Source: a virus. Taken from it: a stretch of 64,000 nt of DNA. This document shows, piece by piece, positions 7,729 to 16,127 of the stretch; position 1 is the stretch's first letter, and each line of letters opens with the position of its first letter. A program made the translations under genes and the position numbers. Location: IMG/VR virus record IMGVR_UViG_3300030329_004481. The stretch is one strand, 5' to 3'. Below the pieces are notes generated by a model. It made no database searches and was not told the DNA's origin. It was given only the letters and a program-made list of their open reading frames with translations.

Positions 7729-10194
7729 TTATGCCGCAATCTTATCAATCATTGAATTGAGAATGACTCGGTTGGAAAGTCTGTTGCCGACCATCTTCTT
7801 GAAGGCGGTCTTGATTTGACCCTTGGTCGCATCTTCAGCAAGTCCGTCTAGGTTAGTATCTTCAAGTCCGCGCATCTTATCAATATTGATAAAATATCTT
7901 TCATCATATCCATGAGTATTTTCAACTCCAACAGAACCTTTCTTAAATGATTCAGAATATTTCTGCCAATCATTATTATCAAAATCCCAGAATCCACGTT
8001 GTTTCCACCATCTGCGAGGTGCCAAGAAAATTCCAAGGACATTTATACCAGTTGATGCTTTGACATATTTCAGAAGATCTTCAGTTTGAGAAGCACCAAG
8101 ATCAAAAGTTTTTCCATTTCTACATTTGATAAATGCTCTATGATTCCCACCATAACTGTATCTTCTTCTGGCCGCAATAGGATGATACCCATTCACAAAA
8201 TAATTTCCATAGTTCTGATTTAATCTTGAGTCTCTATATTGATCACCAGTATCAACCCATTTATCACCAAAATCAATCATTGCGTGTGAAGTTCTTGATT
8301 CACCATCAGTAAGATAAACCGCATTAACAATTTCTGCACCAGTTGATTTTTTAAACTCATAAACAATTGATGGAGTAAGAATAATTGAATCATCAAGTGG
8401 AGTACCACCGAGACCAAAAGAATGTGGACATTTTAATTGTGGACCAAATGCGCCCCATCCATATCTATTTCCAATTGAATTTCCAAGTCCAAGAAAATAT
8501 TTTGCACCTTTCTGAAATTCTCTTTTATTCATTCTACTTGAAAGAATATTTAAGAGATGAAAATCACCAGGAAAAATATCACCCTTCTTTGGATTTGTAA
8601 TTCTTTCTTTAATATATTTTTCAGAATTATAATCTTCTCTATAATTGATGTTTGTATGTTGTCTGTTTCGTCGACCATAAGCATCTGAAAACATATAAAC
8701 CTCAAATGAGATTTGAACTTTTTCACAAAATGCAGCAAGAACTAAACATTGTTCTACAGTTTCAGAAATACAATTAGACATTGATCCAGACCAATCAATG
8801 AAAAGTAAAAGTCCATGATTTTTACCATCTGGAAGAACAGTCATTTTTTTGAAAATATCTTCACTATAGCGATACTTGAAAAGATTTCCAGAATCAATGA
8901 TTCCAGTTTTTGCTGTCATTGCACGGGCATGTTGTCCTGCCGCTTTCTTCATTTCAAATTCTTTAGCAAGATAGTTAATGACTTTAGAATGCTTAGTTCT
9001 AAAATTCTTCCATAGATCATTCAACAAATTAGATGCTTCACCAGAAGCACCCCAGCCATCTGTATCTTTTCCATTATATATACCATGATCTGTTGAAGTC
9101 TGTTCTTCAATATGTGTAATCATTTCTTTATAATCAACAATATATTGATTAAGATTAAAATCAGGTTCATTCAAATAAAGATAGTCAGGAGAATTTGCAG
9201 ACTCCGCAAGTAAATCACCTTGATTACTTTCCCATTCTTGATCAGTATATGAAAAAGGTTCAACTTTACTTGCATCAGTTATACCACGATCAGGTGTACC
9301 AAATCCGCCTTTAGGTCCAGTTTGAATTTGTTCAGAATCTTTACCTTCATTTTTTTCTTCGTCAGATTCATCTTGAATATTATTTGATGAAGAATTATTT
9401 TCAGATGATTCACCATCATTTTTTTGACCAGGCCCATCTTGTGTTTGATCTGATTCATTTTCTTCTTCACCTTCACATGAAGGATTGTTACTATCAGAAG
9501 ACTCACCATCGTCATCTGAATTCATTTCCATTGAATCATCATTACCTTCTAATCTTTCAGAAGGATCATTACTTTCATCACCATATTGATTATTAAATGA
9601 ATCTTCAAAATCTTCATGTTGATCAGTGTCAGATTCGTGATCTTTTGAATAGTTCCAAAGTTTTTCAACAACATCAAGAACCTCAGCAAATGTTTCAGTT
9701 CTTTCAACCATCTCAACATATTCACGTTCTTCGTCAGAAAATTCAATGTCAAGGGCAGTTCCACATTTTGTATAAAGATTGATTCTGTCAATCAATTTCA
9801 ATTCATTTAGATCCATTCCTCTGACACCAAAAAAATCTTCTTTGAGAAGTTTGTCATAACCCTCAACCATTTGCTTACCCGCACCAGGAAACTTTCTCTT
9901 GATCTTCTTTTCAATTCTGGCGTCCTCAACTACATTAACAAATGATTTGTAACCTGGACCCCTATCAGAAGGAGTCTGGTGCCAACCATCTTCAGGTGTA
10001 TATCTGGCGTGTCCAACTTCATGAGAACACATCAGGTCATATACAGGACCATTCATCCATTTATATACAGGGAGTAGGAGTTTGCGGTTCTTGAGATCAA
10101 ACATGGCTGTGTCATATTTACCATGTTGAACATCAAGATTTTCTTCCGCCATGAGTTTGGCGACTAGGGATTTGGTTTCTCTCAAATCAGACAT
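7729..10194 (-). CDS. metallopeptidase-like/VWA protein (CobT-like partner of the MoxR ATPase)
   Basis: HEVGH, NVVEDARIE, acidic linker, MIDAS DWSGSM, LTDGE; start placed at MSDLRE after GAGG. Confidence 0.8.
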   Translation of the reverse strand: MSDLRETKSLVAKLMAEENLDVQHGKYDTAMFDLKNRKLLLPVYKWMNGPVYDLMCSHEVGHARYTPEDGWHQTPSDRGPGYKSFVNVVEDARIEKKIKRKFPGAGKQMVEGYDKLLKEDFFGVRGMDLNELKLIDRINLYTKCGTALDIEFSDEEREYVEMVERTETFAEVLDVVEKLWNYSKDHESDTDQHEDFEDSFNNQYGDESNDPSERLEGNDDSMEMNSDDDGESSDSNNPSCEGEEENESDQTQDGPGQKNDGESSENNSSSNNIQDESDEEKNEGKDSEQIQTGPKGGFGTPDRGITDASKVEPFSYTDQEWESNQGDLLAESANSPDYLYLNEPDFNLNQYIVDYKEMITHIEEQTSTDHGIYNGKDTDGWGASGEASNLLNDLWKNFRTKHSKVINYLAKEFEMKKAAGQHARAMTAKTGIIDSGNLFKYRYSEDIFKKMTVLPDGKNHGLLLFIDWSGSMSNCISETVEQCLVLAAFCEKVQISFEVYMFSDAYGRRNRQHTNINYREDYNSEKYIKERITNPKKGDIFPGDFHLLNILSSRMNKREFQKGAKYFLGLGNSIGNRYGWGAFGPQLKCPHSFGLGGTPLDDSIILTPSIVYEFKKSTGAEIVNAVYLTDGESRTSHAMIDFGDKWVDTGDQYRDSRLNQNYGNYFVNGYHPIAARRRYSYGGNHRAFIKCRNGKTFDLGASQTEDLLKYVKASTGINVLGIFLAPRRWWKQRGFWDFDNNDWQKYSESFKKGSVGVENTHGYDERYFINIDKMRGLEDTNLDGLAEDATKGQIKTAFKKMVGNRLSNRVILNSMIDKIAA

Positions 10195-10233
10195 AGGAAT
10201 CCTCAATGGGTTTATCAATCATTTTACAGGTAT

Positions 10234-10262
10234 AGTATACCACAGGTGGGGGAAGAAGTCAA
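10234..10262 (-). promoter_or_regulatory. sigma70-type early promoter
   Basis: AAAAAAC-TTGACT, 17 nt, TATACT with TGTGG extension. Confidence 0.8.
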
Positions 10263-10322
10263 GTTTTTTGAAAACCTTAACAATTTCAATACTTTAGTGA
10301 TATCTCTCATTTCCATAACAAC

Positions 10323-10351
10323 AGGATACCATAAATATTTAGAGAAGTCAA
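10323..10351 (-). promoter_or_regulatory. second tandem sigma70-type early promoter
   Basis: AAAAAAC-TTGACT, 17 nt, TATCCT with TGG. Confidence 0.75.
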
Positions 10352-10356
10352 GTTTT

Positions 10357-10475
10357 TTGACCAATTGGCTCCCGGGGAAGGATTCGAACCTTCACGTCCT
10401 CGTCCTGCAACAAAGACAGACCCTAAACAGTGGCCCGTGTCTACCAGTTTCACCACCCGAGAGTCAATTGGTCAA
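10357..10475. repeat. 11-bp perfect inverted repeat bracketing the tRNA (TTGACCAATTG / CAATTGGTCAA)
   Basis: 10357-10367 is the reverse complement of 10465-10475. Confidence 0.85.
10366..10462 (-). tRNA. atypical 97-nt type II tRNA: anticodon GTT (Asn) on a tRNA-Leu-like body, encoded CCA
   Basis: hand-folded: acceptor TCTCGGG/CCCGGGA, G73, CCA; D arm GTG-AAACTGGTAGA-CAC; anticodon arm GGCCA-CTGTTTA-GGGTC; 8-bp variable stem GTCTTTGT/ACGAGGAC; T arm GAAGG-TTCGAAT-CCTTC. Confidence 0.85.
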
Positions 10476-10513
10476 TATCAAAAAAGCAACATAAACATTG
10501 AGAATAAGTAAAG

Positions 10514-10645
10514 CTACTTCAACCAAGTTTCTTCTTCCAGATGTTTAGACTCATGTTCTTTTAATTCTTCAACATCTGTAAAAATTTCATCACATTCAAA
10601 ACAACTATTAAAACCATGCTTTTCATAGAAGTCTTGTTGCGTCAT
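10514..10645 (-). CDS. 43-aa C2H2 zinc-finger microprotein (MTQQDFYEKHGFNSCFECDEIFTDVEELKEHESKHLEEETWLK); not in the ORF track
   Basis: exact C-x2-C-x3-F-x5-L-x2-H-x3-H; ATGA overlap with the upstream aaRS-like stop. Confidence 0.75.
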   Translation of the reverse strand: MTQQDFYEKHGFNSCFECDEIFTDVEELKEHESKHLEEETWLK

Positions 10646-11517
10646 ATTAGATTTGCTTTCTTCATTCCATCGATCATTCTTGTAACACCAATTCCGCCAC
10701 CAAACCTTGGTACAAAATCATGTTCCAAAAATTCATCTAATTCTTTTAATACTCTTTCTTCACCAAATAATTCATAAAGTAAATTTGCATAACCGCCGTC
10801 AGATATTGTATGAAATTGTTCTCTCATCATATCCACATCATCAGCTCTTTCTGCAGAACCAATTGTTTCTTGCCCACCAATAATTACATCACATTTTAAT
10901 GCGGCCATTCCACCAGTAGATAAAGGTGTAGGGTCTTTTTTCATATTCCAGAATGGTGAGGTTGTGTAAGGGAAGTGTGTGAGGAAAAATACGTCTCCGT
11001 ATTCATTATACATATCTGACTCATGTTTAGCGGTAAGTAAGTTGTCAGATGCTGTATACTTACCGCACATCGATAAATAATTACCACCAGGGAAGTGGTC
11101 CGTATATGGTGCCCTTCCATGATCGCACTTAAATCCTAAATGAACGAGTAACTCATCTTCCATCTTAATTAAATCATCAAATGTACCAGGCATTTCAAAT
11201 TCAAACATTGGAAATATAATTTCATGCCTACCAGGTATTGGATTTGGTTCTTGTCTATAACTAGTACTTACACAAAAACAACCAGGAATTTCTGGTCTTG
11301 TAAGCAATTCATATTCTAGCCACATCTGGCCAGTTTGAGGTAGTGGCCAAATTTCACCATTGTATTCGTATGTCGCAACTGTAGTTGGATCTTCACAAGC
11401 GGCAAGAATAGATAATCTATTTTGTGTGTGAACTTCTACAAAGTTTTTAGAAAGAAAAAATTCTCTGAGGCGGGATGTAACAGTAGTGAAATCGTTTGGA
11501 TCAATCAATGATGTCAT
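10642..11517 (-). CDS. class IIb aaRS-like catalytic core (AsnRS/AspRS paralog or archaeal-type asparagine synthetase) lacking the N-terminal anticodon-binding domain
   Basis: motif 1 LREFFLSKNFVEV, LPQTGQMWLE, motif 2 SYRQE..RH..FPMFEFE, ETIGSAER, motif 3 GGGIGVTR; only 291 aa. Confidence 0.85.
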   Translation of the reverse strand: MTSLIDPNDFTTVTSRLREFFLSKNFVEVHTQNRLSILAACEDPTTVATYEYNGEIWPLPQTGQMWLEYELLTRPEIPGCFCVSTSYRQEPNPIPGRHEIIFPMFEFEMPGTFDDLIKMEDELLVHLGFKCDHGRAPYTDHFPGGNYLSMCGKYTASDNLLTAKHESDMYNEYGDVFFLTHFPYTTSPFWNMKKDPTPLSTGGMAALKCDVIIGGQETIGSAERADDVDMMREQFHTISDGGYANLLYELFGEERVLKELDEFLEHDFVPRFGGGIGVTRMIDGMKKANLI

Positions 11518-11542
11518 AAAATTCCTTTCGAGATTTCTTTTT

Positions 11543-11550
11543 TATTTATA
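11543..11550 (-). promoter_or_regulatory. late promoter TATAAATA upstream of the aaRS-like gene
   Basis: exact motif in the intergenic gap, 25 nt upstream of the ATG. Confidence 0.65.
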
Positions 11551-11555
11551 CGATT

Positions 11556-12212
11556 TCAATTCTCTGGATCATAAGATTTGCCTACATCTTTTCCAAATTC
11601 TGTAAAATAACTTAAATCAGTTTCTTTTGCTATTCTATTCTCAACTGAATATACTGTTTGATCTATTAAATAACCTGGATTCTTTTTAAGTCTATTAAAA
11701 GTAAATGCAACATCACTCCAAACAATTCTATTATTTGGATAACAGAAAAAATTACCATCATCCATTTTAAAAAAATGTCCACATTTATGTTCAGGGTCTT
11801 CAGAAAAATTAACATCTAAATTGCCCGCTTTGTTTTCAAAACCCCAATCTAGAGTGAACATATATTCACCCCAATGTTTTTTTCCACTATGGTCTACTAG
11901 TTCTGCTCTCTTTCTCGCAAGTCTTTCTCTCACATTAACATCAATGTATGGTGAAAAACAATCCCAATAATGATGCATATCTAGATCATAAACTGGTGCA
12001 TCTTTTTTCCAACAAAAAGCAGTTATAGGTCTTCTAGTCCAATTAACTCCATTTTCTAATAAACATTCAAATAGTGGAACTCTATGTTCAATACTTGCTA
12101 CTGAATGAATATCAACTACTGAATACTGTCCTTGTCCTTTACTATGATCATACAAATATTCATCCCTTATAAAACAATTTATACAAGGAATATTATGATT
12201 TAAGTATGACAC
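11556..12212 (-). CDS. conserved hypothetical protein of marine T4-like phages
   Basis: CFIRDEYLYD, YWDCFS, YMFTLDW, EHKCGH, YPNNR; GTG start overlapping the upstream TAG. Confidence 0.7.
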   Translation of the reverse strand: MSYLNHNIPCINCFIRDEYLYDHSKGQGQYSVVDIHSVASIEHRVPLFECLLENGVNWTRRPITAFCWKKDAPVYDLDMHHYWDCFSPYIDVNVRERLARKRAELVDHSGKKHWGEYMFTLDWGFENKAGNLDVNFSEDPEHKCGHFFKMDDGNFFCYPNNRIVWSDVAFTFNRLKKNPGYLIDQTVYSVENRIAKETDLSYFTEFGKDVGKSYDPEN

Positions 12213-12448
12213 TAAACTGAAGCATGTGCAATAGGTGACAAAGATGTTTCCCAACCGCCAATAACAATTGCTCCTGTATCTGGATGAGTTAATACTTTAT
12301 ATTCACCATCAACGTCCCATGTATCATCAACTAAGTTTGGTTTATCCACAAAGAGTGTAATAGTACCATCTTTATCTTGGGCATACCATTTCCACTTATC
12401 ATCAACCATAAATTCAAACCTAATACGTTTCTTCTCTGTATTCTCCAT
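12212..12448 (-). CDS. hypothetical protein
   Basis: ORF coupled to neighbours; WYAQDKDG motif. Confidence 0.6.
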   Translation of the reverse strand: MENTEKKRIRFEFMVDDKWKWYAQDKDGTITLFVDKPNLVDDTWDVDGEYKVLTHPDTGAIVIGGWETSLSPIAHASV

Positions 12449-12620
12449 TTGACCTCATTGTTGTATAGTTGTTTGAGTTTTGATCATAAGAATCAAATAC
12501 ACCATCTTCATAATCTTGCAATTCTTCTGTAGAACCATTTCTAACAATAGTATTTAATTGTTGAGTTATGTTTCTTTGCTTTTTATGTAAATGTCTTTTT
12601 TCGATTTTAGATTTGGCCAT
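12420..12620 (-). CDS. hypothetical protein
   Basis: overlapping ORF in the operon with an AGGA RBS. Confidence 0.55.
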   Translation of the reverse strand: MAKSKIEKRHLHKKQRNITQQLNTIVRNGSTEELQDYEDGVFDSYDQNSNNYTTMRSNGEYREETY

Positions 12621-13125
12621 TCTTTCTCATCCTTTTAATATTATTTTTTCTTTTTTTCATTGCTTGTTTTAAAGTAAAATTTGAAACACTCCAAAAAAAT
12701 TCATTACCTTCCATATGTTCCATTTCATGTTGAAATATTTTAGAAGATAATCCATTAAACACCGCACCTTTTGTTGAACCATCACGGACTTCAAACTGTG
12801 CTTTAATTGATTCTGCTCTCCGGACTGCAAGAACTAGACCAGGGTAGGATAAACAACCTTCTCTTTGATAAGTTGTTTCTTCACTCTTTTCAACTATTTC
12901 AGGATTAAAAACTACAATAGGTTTATTATCCCAAAACATAGCAAAGACTGATAAAGGAATACCAACTTGATTTGCAGATAAGCCAATACCTTTATGGTCT
13001 AACATACTTTCAATCAAATCTTTACTAAGTTCTTCAGGATCACGTTGAGGTGATTCCCAATTGAATTGGTCTGGTGGAGTATATAATATTTCTTCTTTTT
13101 CATTAACTAGAGGTAGGACGCTCAT
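12607..13125 (-). CDS. def: peptide deformylase
   Basis: GIGLSANQVG, EGCLS, QHEMEH. Confidence 0.95.
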   Translation of the reverse strand: MSVLPLVNEKEEILYTPPDQFNWESPQRDPEELSKDLIESMLDHKGIGLSANQVGIPLSVFAMFWDNKPIVVFNPEIVEKSEETTYQREGCLSYPGLVLAVRRAESIKAQFEVRDGSTKGAVFNGLSSKIFQHEMEHMEGNEFFWSVSNFTLKQAMKKRKNNIKRMRKNGQI

Positions 13126-14836
13126 AATCTGCTATTTGGCTAAAATAATTTTTCTTTTCAAATTTAATCACACTTCGGAATTTATCATATAGGACTTCAC
13201 CTTTATGACTTATTACAAATGTATTAATATCTTTGTCTAAAGAATTAATCAATTTTAAAAATTCCTCCGTACCATTACTATCCAATGATGAATCAAATAC
13301 TTCATCTAATATCAGAAGATTTGTATTCATACTGTTTTTAATCTTAGCTACTTGTCTCCAAGAGAAAAGCAATGCTAAATCAATTCTCATCTTTTCACCT
13401 TCACTAAAAGATGAGTAACTAAAGTCATCTCTATACCTAGATTTTATTGTCTCATTAAAATTTTCATCCAATTCAAATGATATGAAAAAATCTAATGCAG
13501 AAAGATTTCTTTGTATGCACTTATTTATAATTGGAAGATAGGTTTTTATAATACGAGATTTAATTCCACTATCTTTTAATATTGAACTTGCTACATTATG
13601 TATCTCCTTTGTTTTATATTCATCTTTAAGTAGTGATTCCAATCTTATTAATTTATCTTTATAAACTTCCAGTTGCTCATTTTCTTCATCTATCCTACCA
13701 ACTTCAGAAAGTTCTGACAATTCTGTTTTAATTTTTTCTATATATTTTTGTAATGCTGATATTGATTGTAGGTTTTTATTAATTTCTAATTGTACATCAT
13801 TAATTTGAGTTTGATATTCAGATATGTCATTTAATGATTTCTCTGTATCTGAAATCTCTTTCCACAATTCTTCTAAGCCAGTTGTTTGTTCTTTTACTCT
13901 AGACTGTTTATCTTTAATTTGTTCTTCTCTAAAAATTTCATCTATTGCTTGTTTACAAGTTGGACAGTCTGAATTTTCTTCATAAAAATGAATCTCATGT
14001 TCTTTTGATTTTATACTATCTTCTACCCTATCTTTTAACTTATCTAATTTCTTTTTTCTACTTTCTATCTTTTGAACATTACCCATACGACTAAGTGTAA
14101 CTTGTACTTCTTCTTGATGTTTATCATTCAAATGTGCATACTCTTGAATCTGATCTTCTGACTCTTTTATTTTTTGTTCATTGTCTTTAATCAATTTCTG
14201 ATTATCTTGTCTCAAAGAATCAATATAATTATTTTGTACTTCAATTGAATGTTCTACTTTTTGTTTATCAAAATCAAGATCATCTATATTGTTTTTATTT
14301 TCACTAACTCTATCTTTTAACAAAGTATTCATTTTACTGAATATTTGAATATCCAAAAGATCTTCTATAATAGTTCTTCTATCTTTATCTTTCAATTGCA
14401 TAAAAGGAACAAATGTAGAACTTCCTAATATGACAACTTGAGTAAATGATTTATAATTAAATTGTAATATTGATTTTTCTAAAAACTCTTGATAGTCTCT
14501 TGAATGGGAATCTTGATTTAATAATTTTTGATTACATTTAATTTCAAATATGTTGGGTTTAATTCCCCTTGATACTTGATAAAAATTATTACCAATAGAA
14601 AATTCAATTTCAACTAATGCTCCTTTTTCATTTATTGTATTAATTAGTTGTGGTTTATTGATGTTTCTAAAAGCCTTCCCAAACAAAGCAAAACATAGCG
14701 CATCAAGTATTGTTGACTTGCCCGCACCATTCTCACCTATTATTAATGTTGTTGGAGATTTGTCTAGAATTACTTCAATAGGATTGTTACCAGTGGACAA
14801 AAAATTTGTCCACTTAATTTTTTTAAAATGTATCAA
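13103..14836 (-). CDS. gp46: recombination endonuclease ATPase subunit gp46 (Rad50-like)
   Basis: GENGAGKS, CPTC hook, FSEGEK, LILDEVFDSSLD. Confidence 0.96.
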   Translation of the reverse strand: MIHFKKIKWTNFLSTGNNPIEVILDKSPTTLIIGENGAGKSTILDALCFALFGKAFRNINKPQLINTINEKGALVEIEFSIGNNFYQVSRGIKPNIFEIKCNQKLLNQDSHSRDYQEFLEKSILQFNYKSFTQVVILGSSTFVPFMQLKDKDRRTIIEDLLDIQIFSKMNTLLKDRVSENKNNIDDLDFDKQKVEHSIEVQNNYIDSLRQDNQKLIKDNEQKIKESEDQIQEYAHLNDKHQEEVQVTLSRMGNVQKIESRKKKLDKLKDRVEDSIKSKEHEIHFYEENSDCPTCKQAIDEIFREEQIKDKQSRVKEQTTGLEELWKEISDTEKSLNDISEYQTQINDVQLEINKNLQSISALQKYIEKIKTELSELSEVGRIDEENEQLEVYKDKLIRLESLLKDEYKTKEIHNVASSILKDSGIKSRIIKTYLPIINKCIQRNLSALDFFISFELDENFNETIKSRYRDDFSYSSFSEGEKMRIDLALLFSWRQVAKIKNSMNTNLLILDEVFDSSLDSNGTEEFLKLINSLDKDINTFVISHKGEVLYDKFRSVIKFEKKNYFSQIADYERPTSS

Positions 14837-15060
14837 TTATCCTCATTTAATAATTCTGGTTTTGGTTGAAATTTTTCATTTCTTTTTTTAAGTATGTAAT
14901 CCAAATGATCTGTAATAATAATATTCACCATTTTATTAAAGGTGACATCTCGCTCATGTGCTTTTCTAGCAATTTTTAAAAATGTATCATCTTCCATCTC
15001 AACAGGAACAGATACCCATGCTTCTTCATCTTTATTAGGATTTGTGTGTGAGTCTTTCAT
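14833..15060 (-). CDS. hypothetical protein, possibly ribbon-helix-helix
   Basis: VEMEDDTFLKIARKAHERDVTFNKMV. Confidence 0.6.
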   Translation of the reverse strand: MKDSHTNPNKDEEAWVSVPVEMEDDTFLKIARKAHERDVTFNKMVNIIITDHLDYILKKRNEKFQPKPELLNEDN

Positions 15061-15062
15061 TA

Positions 15063-16127
15063 TTACTCCAAGTTAAATTCAGTTTGTAATGATTCATTAT
15101 ATAAGTCTTTCATCAAAAAGTCAAGTTTTTCTTTATCGACCTCTGTTTCCAAGGCCTCAATGTACTTTGAGACTATTGACATAGTGTCTTCTGCGGACTC
15201 AATGTCTTCCATTCCTTCTTCCATGAAGATGTCAGAAAGATTGTCAACAACCATTACATTTATTGGATCACATTCTTCCACCTTTTGTACTAATCTTTCA
15301 AGTAGGTATGCATCACTTTTTTTCTCAACAACAATTTTAACATAACAACCTTTATAGTCTGAATAATCTTGATTAACAATATCTGTAAAGTCTTTATTTT
15401 CATCATTATAATAAATCTTTTTGTATATGACCCTTTCATTAGGAATAAATTCTAACTCTCTTGTTTCAGTATCAAAGATGTGAAATCCTTTTTTATCAGC
15501 ATAGTCTTGCCATGTTAATTCATAAGGGGTTCCAAGATAATAAACATTTCCATTGTCAGATTTATGATGAAAGTGTCCACTCAAAACAGTATCAAATTTT
15601 TTAAACATTTCTGTTTCCATACCATTATTACAATATGCTCCTTTGTACATTTCAAAACCATTAATTTCAAAATGACCAAACATTATTGATGAACTACTAT
15701 CCTTCATAGAATCTAAACACAATTGATAATTTTCAGAATTAATCCACGGCATGAATAAAATATTTAAACCATCAAATTCCATTTCACATGGTTCACCATA
15801 AACATTAAAATTATATTCTCTTAATAAGAGATCTGTGCTAGCAACATCATTTGTGTTTTTATAATATATGTCGTGATTACCCAAAATAAAATGACAGTTA
15901 AAGTTTTTGCATACATCAAAGAAGTCCTTTTTCCAAGTTGTTAAAGTGTGAAAGTTTATAAATTTTCTTCTATCAAATAAATCACCCAAATGAATGATTG
16001 TGTCTATTTCTCTTTCTTTTACTGTAGGGAAGAATTGATTTTTATAAAAATTTAAAAAATAATCATTGAATATTGTAGAGTCATTTCTTGCACCTGCATG
16101 TGTGTCAGTCAACAATGCTATTTGCAT
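15063..16127 (-). CDS. gp47: recombination endonuclease subunit gp47 (Mre11-like)
   Basis: DTH, GDLFD, GNHD, GHFH; start at MQIALL after GGAG. Confidence 0.95.
   Translation of the reverse strand: MQIALLTDTHAGARNDSTIFNDYFLNFYKNQFFPTVKEREIDTIIHLGDLFDRRKFINFHTLTTWKKDFFDVCKNFNCHFILGNHDIYYKNTNDVASTDLLLREYNFNVYGEPCEMEFDGLNILFMPWINSENYQLCLDSMKDSSSSIMFGHFEINGFEMYKGAYCNNGMETEMFKKFDTVLSGHFHHKSDNGNVYYLGTPYELTWQDYADKKGFHIFDTETRELEFIPNERVIYKKIYYNDENKDFTDIVNQDYSDYKGCYVKIVVEKKSDAYLLERLVQKVEECDPINVMVVDNLSDIFMEEGMEDIESAEDTMSIVSKYIEALETEVDKEKLDFLMKDLYNESLQTEFNLE
15096..15124 (-). promoter_or_regulatory. sigma70-type promoter inside the 3' end of gp47
   Basis: AAAAAC-TTGACT, 17 nt, TATAAT. Confidence 0.7.

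Noticed and set aside
10224-10316. Short minus-strand ORF MEMRDITK...GILYL
   Set aside because: It is largely a translation of the promoter sequence itself; no independent support.
10421-10427. Reading the tRNA as Leu(TAG) using TTTAGGG as the anticodon loop
   Set aside because: The flanking bases cannot form an anticodon stem in that register; only the GTT-centred register gives a stem and correct spacing.
10366-10462. tRNA-Sec/Pyl or intron-containing tRNA
   Set aside because: There is no TCA or CTA anticodon, the fold is a standard 7/5, and the extra length is a paired variable arm.
10246-10494. 82-aa plus-strand ORF
   Set aside because: It is antisense to the tRNA and two promoters; a shadow ORF.
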